DNA of 32,000 nucleotides from Halomicrobium mukohataei DSM 12286 (GTDB taxonomy: Archaea > Halobacteriota > Halobacteria > Halobacteriales > Haloarculaceae), in NCBI RefSeq assembly GCF_000023965.1, contig NC_013202.1, positions 3,000,001 to 3,032,000 of the forward strand, given 5' to 3'. The notes below the pieces were generated by a model, which was not told the DNA's origin, ran no database searches, and was given only the letters and a program-made list of their open reading frames with translations. Positions 8,475-18,000 of this stretch are shown piece after piece. A program made the position numbers and the translations under genes. Positions within the stretch are counted from its first letter, which is position 1, and every line of letters starts with the position of its first letter.

Positions 8475-9200
8475 ATGGATACGATCGGGGTCATCTGTGA
8501 GCCGGACGACGCCGTCTTCGGACGGGCGGCCGAGCGGCTCGCCGCCAGGGGGTTCGACGTGGAGTTCCTGCCGCCCGGAGAGCCGATCCGACCCGAGGAC
8601 ATCGACGCGCTCGACGCGCTCGCGAACAGAACCATCTGTCGGCAGTCCTTCGACGCCCTCTCGTATGCGGACCGCAACGGCGTCGAGACCCTGAACGGCT
8701 TCTTTCCGACGACGGCGCTGTCCTGTCGGCTCGTCGTCCTCAACGCGCTGGAACGGATCGGGTACCGCGTGCCCGCGATCGCCTTCCAGAAGCCCGACGC
8801 CGACTACGTCGGGAAGAACCGCTTTCGGTGGGACGAGCCGGCGGGGGTCGACGCCGATCCGGAGTTCTACCAGCAGGCGGTCGGGACCGAGCCGTCGATC
8901 GAACGCTACTACGCGCTCGACGACGGGATCGAGACGCACTTGCAGGCGCTGACGATCAGGACGAAGCTGACCGAACGGCGGCCGGTGCTCGAAGAGACGA
9001 GCGTCCGCGTCCAGCTGGCGACGCGCATCCGCGAGCTGCTCGACCGGTTCGACGCGCGCGCTATCGGGGTCGATTTCGTCGTCGACGAGCACGACGAGTG
9101 TTACGCCGTCGACATCAGCCCGGTGCCGAGCTTCGACGGGGCCGGGATGGAACGACGGCTCGCGGATTCGCTGGCGTCGCTGACGACGATCGGTGCGTAG
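8475..9200 (+). CDS. ATP-grasp-like (RimK-type fold) protein, tentative
   Basis: The track ORF begins at 8379, and I prefer the ATG at 8475 (MDTIGVICEPDD...). The layout, an N-terminal pre-ATP-grasp segment and a C-terminal ...CYAVDISPVPSFDGAG, resembles the small ATP-grasp ligases of haloarchaea. The call rests on resemblance only. Confidence 0.5.
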   Translation: MDTIGVICEPDDAVFGRAAERLAARGFDVEFLPPGEPIRPEDIDALDALANRTICRQSFDALSYADRNGVETLNGFFPTTALSCRLVVLNALERIGYRVPAIAFQKPDADYVGKNRFRWDEPAGVDADPEFYQQAVGTEPSIERYYALDDGIETHLQALTIRTKLTERRPVLEETSVRVQLATRIRELLDRFDARAIGVDFVVDEHDECYAVDISPVPSFDGAGMERRLADSLASLTTIGA

Positions 9201-9284
9201 CTCCGGGAACCGACGGCGACACGGGCAGTGGCGGCGACCGGGGAAACACAGCGCGTTTATCCCCCCGGTGTCAGAGTGTTCGGT

Positions 9285-10739
9285 ATGAGCGAAGAGCAGG
9301 AACTCGGGATCACGGAGAGCAAGGAACACAGTCCCGGCGAGTGGTACGCGGAGGTCGTCCAGAAGGCCGGTCTCGCGGACTACGCGCCGATGGGCGGATT
9401 CATCGTCACGCGCCCGCGTGGCTACGCCATCTGGGAGCAGATCCAGACCCACCTCGACGGGTGGTTCAAGGACACCGGCGTCCAGAACGCCTACTTCCCG
9501 ATGTTCATCCCCGAGAGCTACCTCGAACGGGAGAAAGACATCGTCGAAGGGTTCGACCCCGAGGTCGCGTGGGTGACCCACGGCGGCAACGAGGAACTCG
9601 AAGAGCGACTCGCCGTGCGTCCGACGAGCGAGTCCATCATCGCGCCGTTCCTCGCCCAGTGGACGCGCTCGCACCGCGACCTGCCGCTGCGGATCAACCA
9701 GTGGTGTTCGGTCGTCCGGTGGGAGGCCACCGAGACGAAGCCGTTCTTCCGCACGAAGGAGTTCCTCTGGCAGGAGGGCCACACCGCCCACCGCGACGAG
9801 GACGACGCCTGGGAGGAGACGATGACGCGGCTCGACCAGTACGAGAAGCTGTACGAGGACGTACTGGCGATGCCGCCGCTGAAGGGCCGCAAGCCCGAAC
9901 ACGACAAGTTCCCCGGCGCACACACCACGACGACGGTCGAGACGCTGATGCCCGACGGCAAGTCCGTCCAGGCCGCGACCTCCCACTACCTCGGGACGAG
10001 CTTCGCCGAGGCCTTCGACATCACCTACGTCGACGAGGACGAAGAGGAGGAGACCGCTCACACCACGTCGTGGGGCCTCTCGTGGCGCGCGATGGGCGCA
10101 CTCATCATGACCCACTCCGACGATCAGGGGCTGGTGCTCCCGCCGACGCTCGCGCCCAAGCAGGTCGTCGTCGTGCCGATCTGGCAGGAAGACACCAAAG
10201 ACGAGGTGCTTGAGTACGCCGCCGACGTGGCCGCCGAACTCGACGAGGCGGGCGTTCGCGTCCACTTCGACGACCGCGACCACCGCAACCCCGGCTTCAA
10301 ATACAACGACTGGGAGCTCAAGGGCGTGCCGCTGCGCGTCGAGATCGGCCCCAACGAGGTCGAAGACGAGGAACTCACCCTCTCGCATCGCCCCGACGGC
10401 GAGTCGATCACCGAGAGCCGCGACGGTCTCGAAACCACCGTTCGAGACCACCTCGACGAGGTCTTCGCGAAGCTGTACGCCAGCGCCGAGGAGACGCTGG
10501 AAGGCGAGATCCGCGAGGCAACGTCTCGCGAGGAGATTCTCGGCACGATCGGCCAGCACGGCGGCTACGTCAAGTGTGGCTGGTGTGGCGACGAGGACTG
10601 CGAAGAGCCTATCAAAGAGGCCATCGCCGCAGAGATCGTGATGGTCCCCCTCGACCGCGACGAGGAACCGATCCACGAGGAGTGTGCCATCTGCGGTGAG
10701 AACGCCGAGGAGACCGCCTACTTCGCGAAGTCGTACTAG
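9285..10739 (+). CDS. proS: proline--tRNA ligase (archaeal/eukaryote-type class II)
   Basis: The sequence matches archaeal-type ProRS throughout (…FIVTRPRGYAIWE…, …RPTSESII…, …FRTKEFLWQEGHTAH…, …SWGLSWR…). A C-terminal zinc-binding domain is present (CGWCGDEDCE ... CAICGE ... YFAKSY). I prefer the ATG at 9285 (MSEEQELGITESKEH) over the track start at 9228. Confidence 0.92.
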   Translation: MSEEQELGITESKEHSPGEWYAEVVQKAGLADYAPMGGFIVTRPRGYAIWEQIQTHLDGWFKDTGVQNAYFPMFIPESYLEREKDIVEGFDPEVAWVTHGGNEELEERLAVRPTSESIIAPFLAQWTRSHRDLPLRINQWCSVVRWEATETKPFFRTKEFLWQEGHTAHRDEDDAWEETMTRLDQYEKLYEDVLAMPPLKGRKPEHDKFPGAHTTTTVETLMPDGKSVQAATSHYLGTSFAEAFDITYVDEDEEEETAHTTSWGLSWRAMGALIMTHSDDQGLVLPPTLAPKQVVVVPIWQEDTKDEVLEYAADVAAELDEAGVRVHFDDRDHRNPGFKYNDWELKGVPLRVEIGPNEVEDEELTLSHRPDGESITESRDGLETTVRDHLDEVFAKLYASAEETLEGEIREATSREEILGTIGQHGGYVKCGWCGDEDCEEPIKEAIAAEIVMVPLDRDEEPIHEECAICGENAEETAYFAKSY

Positions 10740-10766
10740 CATACCGCGCCGAAGGCGCGGTTTCAC
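10679..10766 (+). repeat. direct repeat copy 1 (last 61 nt of proS incl. stop, plus downstream hairpin)
   Basis: The sequence GGAGTGTGCCATCTGCGGTGAGAACGCCGAGGAGACCGCCTACTTCGCGAAGTCGTACTAGCATACCGCGCCGAAGGCGCGGTTTCAC recurs at 10871-10957. Confidence 0.9.
10744..10763 (+). terminator. GC hairpin plus short T-run immediately after the proS stop
   Basis: CCGCGCC-GAA-GGCGCGG (7-bp stem, 3-nt loop) followed by TTT, beginning 5 nt after the TAG at 10737-10739. A second copy of the same hairpin lies at 10936-10952. Confidence 0.4.
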
Positions 10767-10870
10767 CGAGTGCGAGCGGAGCGAGTACTCGGCTTTTTCA
10801 TCGACGTTTTTCGAGGAGTGGTGCCCGCAGTGAGCGAAGCGAGCGAGGACACCCGACGCTGAAAAAGGTC

Positions 10871-10957
10871 GGAGTGTGCCATCTGCGGTGAGAACGCCGA
10901 GGAGACCGCCTACTTCGCGAAGTCGTACTAGCATACCGCGCCGAAGGCGCGGTTCAC
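10871..10957 (+). repeat. direct repeat copy 2 (orphan duplicate of the proS 3' end and hairpin)
   Basis: Identical to 10679-10766 by hand comparison except for one missing T in the final T-run (87 vs 88 bp). A further 16/17 match to the internal ACGCCGAGGAGACCGC lies at 10968-10984. Confidence 0.9.
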
Positions 10958-11116
10958 TGCTGGCGGAGACGCCGAGGAGACCGCTCACTCTGTCGGGAGC
11001 AGTTGCGGGACTCGGCTACAGACGTACGCCACCAATTTTTATGTCGAACTAGCTCGTGAGAAACGATAGCTGACCGGCCTCCGGGGTGGTGAGGGGCCGA
11101 TCGGACACAGGGGATC

Positions 11117-12988
11117 ATGGGACACAGCAACAGCACGCACAGGGGTGTGGCTCTCGTCGTCCTGGCACTGGTGGTCGCAGCCGCGGTGCCGGGCGTCGTC
11201 GGGAGCCAGACCGCGAGTATCGACGAGTGTCGGACGATCGAACAGAGCGGGACCTACGAGCTGTCGGGCGCGATCGAGGCGACCGACGTGGACCGCTGTC
11301 TGGAGATCCGGAGCGACGACGTCGTCGTCGAGGGCAACGGCCACACGCTGGCCGGCGGTGACCGGGACGAGGGGACGGTCGGGATCCACGTCGGCGGGAG
11401 CGAGAACGTCCAGATCCAGAACGTCGTCGTCACGGGATGGGACACCGGTCTCCATGCCGCGGCCGCGGACGGCGCGACGATCAGCGGCGTCACCGCCGTC
11501 GAGAACACGGACGGAATCGAGATCGTCGGCAGCGACGGCGTGACTCTCAACGGTCCGACTGCCCGGGCGAACACAGAGCGGGGACTCTCACTCGGGCGCG
11601 GAGCGACCAACACCGTCGTCCGCGGCGGAGTCGCGGCCGACAACGGGGCGGACCTCGCCGTCGCGGGCGGCGACGGAAACCGAGTCCGATCGCTCTCGCT
11701 GGGCGAATCGACGGCCCCGGAGACGAGAGTCTCCGCGACGCCGATCAGGAACGCCACGATCCGGAGTGTGGAGTCGATTCCGAACTCTCCGGACGGACAG
11801 CAGTCGGCCGGTCGGGCCGCCGCGATCACGGCGCTGGGCAGCGACACCGAGCTCTCGCTGCGCCTCCACTACGAGGACGGTGACGTCGACGACGAGTCGG
11901 CGCTGTCGATCTGGAGCTACGGGGCCGAGAGCTGGGCGACGGTCGGCGGCAGCGTGGACGCGGAGCAAAACAGGGTCAGCGCATCGATCGACCGGTCGGC
12001 GTTCCCGACGGGGACGACGCGATTCGCCGCGCTGGCCGGCGAAGGGAGCTCGACGCGCCAGACGGCGACGGAGACGCCAACGGCGACGCCGACCAGCACG
12101 CCAGTGTCGACCGAGGCGACGGACACGGCGACGGACGGTACCGAAGCCGCGACCGCGACTTCGGCGGGCGGCGGCGACGACGAGACGCCGAGCGACGAGC
12201 GCGAGTCGACCGACACGGCGGAGACGACCCGAGAGGGCGACGAGTCGGCTGCCGGCGATGGGACGGCCGTGAACGCGAGCGCCGACGGCGCGGCCGACAC
12301 CGAGAGCACGGGCGGCGAACGGACCGGCACGACGACGAGCGAGGGGGCCGCTGGCGAGAGCGGTGGCGGAGTGTTGATCTACCTGCTGGCAATCCCGCTC
12401 CTCGGGCTCGTCGTCGGCGGAGTCGTCACGGGCGGGCTCCTCGTCCGGCGATCCGACCGAGTCGGCGAGTGGCTTGCCGGTGGAGAGGGAGACGACGAGA
12501 ACGACGCGGACGAAGGTGACGATCCGAAAGCAGAGACCGAAGGTCAGACGACCGGCGACGCCGTCCGTGGCGTTCGAGATCTGACCAACTGTGGGGACTG
12601 CGGGGAGATCGTCGGGACGAACGAGCAGTTCTGTAGCCAGTGTGGTGCGAGACTCCGCGAGAACGCCGACGACGACCCCGAGAGACCGGTCCCGACGACG
12701 CTGACGCTGTCGGTCGGCGGCCGCGAGATTGCGGTCAGAGACGGAACGACCGTCGACGAGCAACTCCGCTCCCTGTTGCGCGACGGCGGGAAGCCCGAAC
12801 AGACCAAGTGGATCGACGACGGGCATCTCGTGTTCCAGCGAACGGACGACGGGTTCGTTCTCACGACCCGTGGCGACAACCTGACCAGAGTGAACGGCGA
12901 GCGAGTGCGCCCCGGCAAGACGGCGCACATTGCGCCCGGCGACGAGATCGAAGTGTCGGGACTGCTCGCGCTCTCGGTCAGACAGTAG
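11117..12988 (+). CDS. membrane protein: signal peptide + parallel beta-helix (NosD/PbH1-like) ectodomain + Thr-rich linker + TM + cytoplasmic zinc-ribbon + FHA-like domain
   Basis: 623 aa.
- N-terminal hydrophobic signal: GVALVVLALVVAAAVPGVVG.
- Repeated beta-helix-type segments: ...VVVEGNGHTLAG..IHVGGSENVQIQNVVVTGW..ISGVTAVENTDGIEIVGSDGVTLNG...
- T/E/D-rich linker: TATETPTATPTSTPVSTEATDTATDG.
- TM helix: VLIYLLAIPLLGLVVGGVVTGGLLV, followed by RRSDR.
- C4 zinc ribbon: CGDCGEIVGTNEQFCSQCGARL.
- C-terminal FHA-like pattern: GGRE..DDGHLVF..GDNLTRVNGERV..GDEIEVSG. Confidence 0.8.
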   Translation: MGHSNSTHRGVALVVLALVVAAAVPGVVGSQTASIDECRTIEQSGTYELSGAIEATDVDRCLEIRSDDVVVEGNGHTLAGGDRDEGTVGIHVGGSENVQIQNVVVTGWDTGLHAAAADGATISGVTAVENTDGIEIVGSDGVTLNGPTARANTERGLSLGRGATNTVVRGGVAADNGADLAVAGGDGNRVRSLSLGESTAPETRVSATPIRNATIRSVESIPNSPDGQQSAGRAAAITALGSDTELSLRLHYEDGDVDDESALSIWSYGAESWATVGGSVDAEQNRVSASIDRSAFPTGTTRFAALAGEGSSTRQTATETPTATPTSTPVSTEATDTATDGTEAATATSAGGGDDETPSDERESTDTAETTREGDESAAGDGTAVNASADGAADTESTGGERTGTTTSEGAAGESGGGVLIYLLAIPLLGLVVGGVVTGGLLVRRSDRVGEWLAGGEGDDENDADEGDDPKAETEGQTTGDAVRGVRDLTNCGDCGEIVGTNEQFCSQCGARLRENADDDPERPVPTTLTLSVGGREIAVRDGTTVDEQLRSLLRDGGKPEQTKWIDDGHLVFQRTDDGFVLTTRGDNLTRVNGERVRPGKTAHIAPGDEIEVSGLLALSVRQ

Positions 12989-13045
12989 CACGCCGCCCGC
13001 TACCGATCCGAGAGCTGTCGACGTACCGGACAGGCAGTCGCCTGA

Positions 13046-13124
13046 TACGGACGGTTGTAGGCGTTTACCCAGTCGACCGCACGACGGCGTGCGGTCGATC
13101 TGGTAAAGACCTACAACTTCCGTA
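13046..13124. repeat. 79-bp palindrome, family copy B
   Basis: The sequence runs TACGGACGGTTGTAGGCGTTTACCCAGTCGACCGCACG-ACGG-CGTGCGGTCGATCTGGTAAAGACCTACAACTTCCGTA. It is flanked by TGA at 13043-13045 and 13125-13127. The hand fold is 6 bp, a 3x2 loop, 7 bp, a 2x2 loop, 6 bp, 2 mismatches, 12 bp (one G-T) and a tetraloop. Confidence 0.85.
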
Positions 13125-13477
13125 TGAGAGAAGCAGAGCCGCCGCTGTCGTCGACGCGGTCTGTCACGTGAGAGCGGACGAGCGACGGCCGTGACGAAAC
13201 GAAGATGGGGTCGAGGGAGCGTGTGACATTCTCCGGTGCCCCCGGGAGAGAGTGGCGGATGGTTCACCATAAAAGGGCGTCAGACTGTCGTGTGACAAAC
13301 GACAGACTGAGGGAGGAATGCGGACCTTGTTGCCGTTAGAACGGTCGATCACCGCCTTGTGCGTGATATAGTCACATACAAGGAATATGTGCGCCACCAA
13401 ATAATACATATTCATCGGAGGAATATTACGTCATGTTTTTATATTGGATGGTCATGCACTCTGTATCGTTTCGTTAT

Positions 13478-13484
13478 CTTTTAA
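13478..13484 (+). promoter_or_regulatory. candidate TATA box for gdhA (leaderless geometry)
   Basis: CTTTTAA is centred about 27 nt upstream of the gdhA ATG at 13508, inside an AT-rich stretch (13364-13507). Other TATA-like strings (TTTTTATATT at 13436-13445) exist, so the assignment is tentative. Confidence 0.35.
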
Positions 13485-13507
13485 GGTCGGTGTACAAACA
13501 TTCAGTT

Positions 13508-14761
13508 ATGGCAGACGTGAACCCGTTCGAGAGTTTCCAGGAGCAGGTAGACGACGCGGCAGCGTACCTCGACGTCGACGAGGGAATGCTCGATCGTCTC
13601 AAGAACCCGGAGCGCATTCTGGAGACGAACCTCGCCGTCGAGATGGACGACGGCTCCATCGAAGTGTTCCGCGCGTACCGCTCGCAGTTCAACGGCGACC
13701 GCGGCCCGTACAAGGGCGGAATCCGCTATCACCCGAACGTCTCTCGCGAAGAAGTGAAAGCACTGTCGGGCTGGATGGCCTACAAGACGGCGACGGTCGA
13801 CATCCCGCTCGGCGGCGGTAAGGGAGGTATCATCATCGACCCCAGCGACTACTCCGAGAGCGAACTCGAACGCGTCACCCGCGCGTTCGCGAAGGAGTTG
13901 ACGCCGCTGATCGGCGAGGACCGAGACGTGCCCGCGCCCGACGTGAACACGGGCCAGCGCGAGATGAACTGGATCAAAGACACCTACGAGACGATCGAGC
14001 GCACGACCGAGCCCGGCGTCATCACCGGGAAGGACCTCGCGAGCGGCGGCAGCGAGGGCCGCGTCGAGGCGACCGGTCGCTCGACGGTCATCGCCGCCCG
14101 CGAGGCTTTCGACTACCTCGGCGAGGACATCGCCGACGCCACCGTCGCAATCCAGGGCTACGGGAACGCGGGCTGGATCACCGCCAAGCTCGTCGAGCAG
14201 ATGGGTGCGACGGTCGTCGCCGTCTCGGACTCCAGCGGTGGGATCTACAGCGAGGACGGCTTCGACGCCGTCGCAGCGAAAGACCACAAGCGTGAGACCG
14301 GCTCCGTCGTCGGCTTCCACGGTGCCGACGAGGAGATCACGAACGAGGAGCTCCTCCAGCTCGACGTGGATCTGCTGGTCCCGGCCGCACTGGAGAACGC
14401 GATCGACGCAGAGATCGCCGAGGGCGTCCAGGCGGACGTGATCTCGGAGGCAGCCAACGGCCCAATCACGCCCGACGGCGACGACGTGCTCGAACAGAAA
14501 GACGTGCTCATCGTCCCCGACATCCTCGCCAACGCCGGTGGCGTCACGGTGTCGTACTTCGAGTGGGTCCAGAACCGCCAGCGCTTCTACTGGGACGAGG
14601 AGACCGTCAACGAGCGGCTCGAAGACATCATCGTCGAGCAGTTCGACACGCTCGTCGACGCCTACGAGGAACACGACCTCCCGAACATGCGCATCGCGGC
14701 CTACGTCGTCGCCATCGAGCGCGTGCTGACCGCCGCCGAGCAGTCCGGCACCTGGCCGTAG
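13508..14761 (+). CDS. gdhA: glutamate dehydrogenase (Glu/Leu/Phe/Val dehydrogenase family)
   Basis: Catalytic glycine-rich motif [15 protein letters not shown] and dinucleotide-binding motif IQGYGNAG. About 417 aa from the ATG at 13508 ([14 protein letters not shown]). The track ORF starts at 13433 in AT-rich DNA, which I consider unlikely. Confidence 0.92.
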   Translation: MADVNPFESFQEQVDDAAAYLDVDEGMLDRLKNPERILETNLAVEMDDGSIEVFRAYRSQFNGDRGPYKGGIRYHPNVSREEVKALSGWMAYKTATVDIPLGGGKGGIIIDPSDYSESELERVTRAFAKELTPLIGEDRDVPAPDVNTGQREMNWIKDTYETIERTTEPGVITGKDLASGGSEGRVEATGRSTVIAAREAFDYLGEDIADATVAIQGYGNAGWITAKLVEQMGATVVAVSDSSGGIYSEDGFDAVAAKDHKRETGSVVGFHGADEEITNEELLQLDVDLLVPAALENAIDAEIAEGVQADVISEAANGPITPDGDDVLEQKDVLIVPDILANAGGVTVSYFEWVQNRQRFYWDEETVNERLEDIIVEQFDTLVDAYEEHDLPNMRIAAYVVAIERVLTAAEQSGTWP

Positions 14762-14904
14762 ACCGGCCTGGGACCGTCGTCGAGACGCCTGTCGTTGCGT
14801 TCCCGTTCATCGGCGACGCTACCGTCGCCAGCGACGAGCGGAGAGACTACAGAACCGTCTTCTTTGCCGTGTAACGGTCGGTCGTACCGGCGATGTCGGA
14901 GACC

Positions 14905-14990
14905 CTCATGATTGATCCGTATAGAACCTTATATGGTAATAATACTCATGGAAATGTGTATAGTGTACCCTTATTGTATCAGGGACACCC
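14905..14990 (+). promoter_or_regulatory. AT-rich promoter region upstream of gltB
   Basis: A local drop in GC (…CCGTATAGAACCTTATATGGTAATAATACTCATGGAAATGTGTATAGTGTACCCTTATTGTATC…) with several TATA-like strings 20-100 nt upstream of the gltB ATG. No specific box can be assigned. Confidence 0.35.
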
Positions 14991-15008
14991 TCTTGTGGGG
15001 GAACCACT

Positions 15009-18000
15009 ATGCTCGGATCACATATGGTTGAGCGACAGCAGAGTGACCGGTCCGGGAGCGCCGCAGGGCTCGCGGACCCGACCGATGCTCGGTCGAACTG
15101 CGGTGTCGGGGTCGTCATGGATCTCGACGGCGGGTCACACGACTGGGTGGTACAGGACGGACTCGAACTACTGGCGAACCTCGAACACCGCGGGACCACC
15201 GGTGCCGAAGAGGACACCGGCGACGGCGCAGGTATCATGCTGCAGATCCCACACGATTTCTTCGCGGACGAACTCGACATCGATCTCCCCGACCCCGGCG
15301 CGTACGCCGTCGGGACGCTCTTTCTCCCACAGGACGACGACGAGGCCGCGGCGCTGAAAGATCTCGTCGAATCGACGCTGGCCGAAGAAGGGCTCGACGT
15401 GCTGGCCTGGCGCTCGGTGCCGACGGACAACGAGGATCTCGGCGCGACGGCACTCGAATCGGAGCCGGACGTGACACAGGTCGTCGTCACGTCGGCCACC
15501 GGCGCGACCGGCGACGCCTTCTCGCGACAGCTCTACGTCGGTCGCCGCGTGCTGGAGAACGAAATCGAGACGGCGGAGCCGGCGGGCCACGAACGGTTCT
15601 ACGTCTGCTCGCTGGACCACGAGACGATCGTCTACAAGGGGCTGTTGAAGGCGGAACAGCTGTCGGGCTACTACCCCGATCTGAGCGACGAGCGGTTCGA
15701 ATCGACGTTCGCGCTGGTCCACGCCCGCTTCTCGACGAACACGCTCGGCGCGTGGCACCTCGCTCACCCGTATCGGAACATCATCCACAACGGCGAGTTC
15801 AACACGATCCAGGGCAACATCAACTGGATGCGCGCCCGCGAGACCGACATCGAGAGCGACGCGTTCGACGACGGCGAGCAGAGCGCGCAGTCGGACATCG
15901 AGAAGATCAAGCCGATCATCGACGATCCCGACCAGTCCGACACCGCGAGCGTCGACAACGCGCTCGAACTCCTCTTGCAGGACGGTCGAGACCTGCCCCA
16001 CGCGCTCCGGATGCTCATTCCGGAGGCCTGGCGGGGCGAGATGAACGACGTGCAGGGCGACCGGCGGGACTTCTACGACTACCACGCCTCGCTCGTCGAA
16101 CCGTGGGACGGTCCGGCGCTCGTCGCCGCCACCGACGGTGACCGCGTCGGCGCAGTGCTCGACCGCAACGGCCTGCGCCCCTGCCGGTACGACATCCTGC
16201 AGGACAACACGCTGGTGATGTCCTCCGAAGCCGGCGCGCTCGATCACACCGCCGACGAGATCGACGAACGCGGCCGTCTCCAGCCGGGGCAGTGCTTCCT
16301 CGCCGATCCCGAAGAGGGTCGCGTCATCCCCGACGAAGAGGTGTTCGAGGACATCAGCGACGAGAAGTACGGCGAGTGGGTCGAACACGAACAGGTCGGC
16401 ATCGACGACATCGCCGGCCGCGAGTCCGACGCGCCGATCGGCGACGTGGACGGACTCCGGAGCCATCAGGCGATGTACGGCTACACCTACGACGAGGTCG
16501 ACCACCTCATCCAGCCGATGGCCGAGAAGGGGAAAGACCCCGTCGGCTCGATGGGCGACGACACGCCGCTGTCGGTGCTCTCTCAGTTCAACCGGCCGCT
16601 GTTTACCTACTTCAAGCAGCTGTTCGCACAGGTGACGAACCCGCCGCTGGACTACATCCGCGAAGAACTCGTCACCTCGCTGGAGTCGCGGCTGGGCTAC
16701 CAGCGGAATCTGCTGGCCGAGACACAGGAACACGCCCGCCAGCTGGTGCTCGACTCGCCGATCCTCAGCGACGAGGAGACGGCGGCGATCAAAGAGCTGG
16801 ACGAGAACGGGATGTCGTCGGCCGTCCTCGATATCACCTACGAGAGAGGGACCGACCTCCGGGAGGCGATCGAGGACGTTCGCGACGAGGCGACCGCGGC
16901 CGCGACCGACGCCGACGTGCTCGTGCTCTCGGACCGCGCGGCGGGCGAAGACCGCGTCCCGATCCCGAGCCTGCTGGCGGTCGGCGGCATCCACCACCAC
17001 CTCGTCCGCAACGGGCTTCGCAACCACGTCGGACTCGTCGTGGAGTCCGGTGATCCACGGGCGGTGCATCACTTCGCGACGCTGATCGGCTACGGTGCGG
17101 GTGCGGTCAACCCCTACCTCGCCTACCAGACGATCGACGACCTCGTCGCCGGGCCGGACGGTGCGGACCTGGAGGCAGCGATCGGCGCGTACATCACCGC
17201 CGTCGAGGACGGACTGCTGAAGACGATGGCCAAGATGGGCATCTCGACGGTCGAGTCCTACCAGGGAGCCCAGATCTTCGAAGCCGTCGGGCTCGGCTCG
17301 GACTTCGTCGCCGAGTACTTCGAGGGGACGACCTGCCGCACGGAGGGGATCGGCATCGACGAGATCGAGGCCGACCTCCGCCAGCGCCACGATATCGCCT
17401 GGAGCGAAGAGGAGCCGGACATGCCCCGACAGGGCGAGTACGAGTTCCGGTCGGACGGGATCCACCACCAGTGGAACCCGGATACGGTGGGCAAGCTCCA
17501 GCAGGCGGTCCGGATGGGCGACTACGAGACCTACAAGGAGTTCGCAGCGGAGATCAACGACCAACAGCAGACCCTCCAGACGCTGCGGGGCCTCCTGGAG
17601 TTCGACGACGATGCCCGCGAGTCGATCCCGGTCGAGGACGTAGAGCCCGTCTCGGAGATCGTACAGCGCTTCGAGACGGCCGCGATGAGCCTCGGGAGCC
17701 TCTCTCCCGAGATGCACGAGAACAACGCCATCGCGATGAACCGGATCGGTGCCAACGCCAACACCGGCGAGGGCGGCGAGCCGCCCGAGCGGTTCGGGAC
17801 CGAGAAGGAGTGTACGACCAAGCAGGTCGCCTCCGGGCGCTTCGGCGTCACGAGCGACTACCTCGCCTCTGCCGAGGAGATCCAGATCAAGATGGCACAG
17901 GGCTCCAAGCCCGGCGAGGGCGGGCACCTGCCCGGCAAGAAGGTCAACGAGATGATCGCCCACGTCCGGTACGCGACGCCGGGCGTCGGCCTCATCTCTC

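Noticed and set aside
8280-10988. 902-aa ORF on the minus strand, the second longest in the track
   Set aside because: It runs antisense to proS and the ATP-grasp-like gene, and its translation is R/L/G/V/P-rich with no motifs. Its N-terminus merely repeats because it crosses the 88-bp duplication. This is a typical stop-codon-poor antisense frame in high-GC DNA.
12986-13045. In-frame TGA (13043-45, left flank of palindrome B) 19 codons after the TAG stop of the FHA-protein gene, suggesting read-through or a former stop
   Set aside because: The frame coincidence has a one-in-three chance. The 18 intervening codons (HAARYRSESCRRTGQAVA) are basic and non-coding-like. I am not aware of pyrrolysine or other TAG recoding in Halobacteria.
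13162-13297. Three GTGACA/TGTCAC hexamers spaced about 60-70 nt apart upstream of gdhA as a possible operator set
   Set aside because: A 6-mer occurring three times in about 140 bp is not statistically compelling without a genome-wide motif search, and one copy is simply the hairpin loop.
13164-13415. 83-aa minus-strand ORF, and a 44-aa plus-strand ORF (13205..13339) with a C-terminal Cys cluster, in the gdhA upstream region
   Set aside because: Both are basic and lack GC3 bias, with many A/T-ending codons. They lie in AT-rich regulatory DNA. Part of the Cys-rich ORF is encoded by the arms of the 13280-13310 hairpin.
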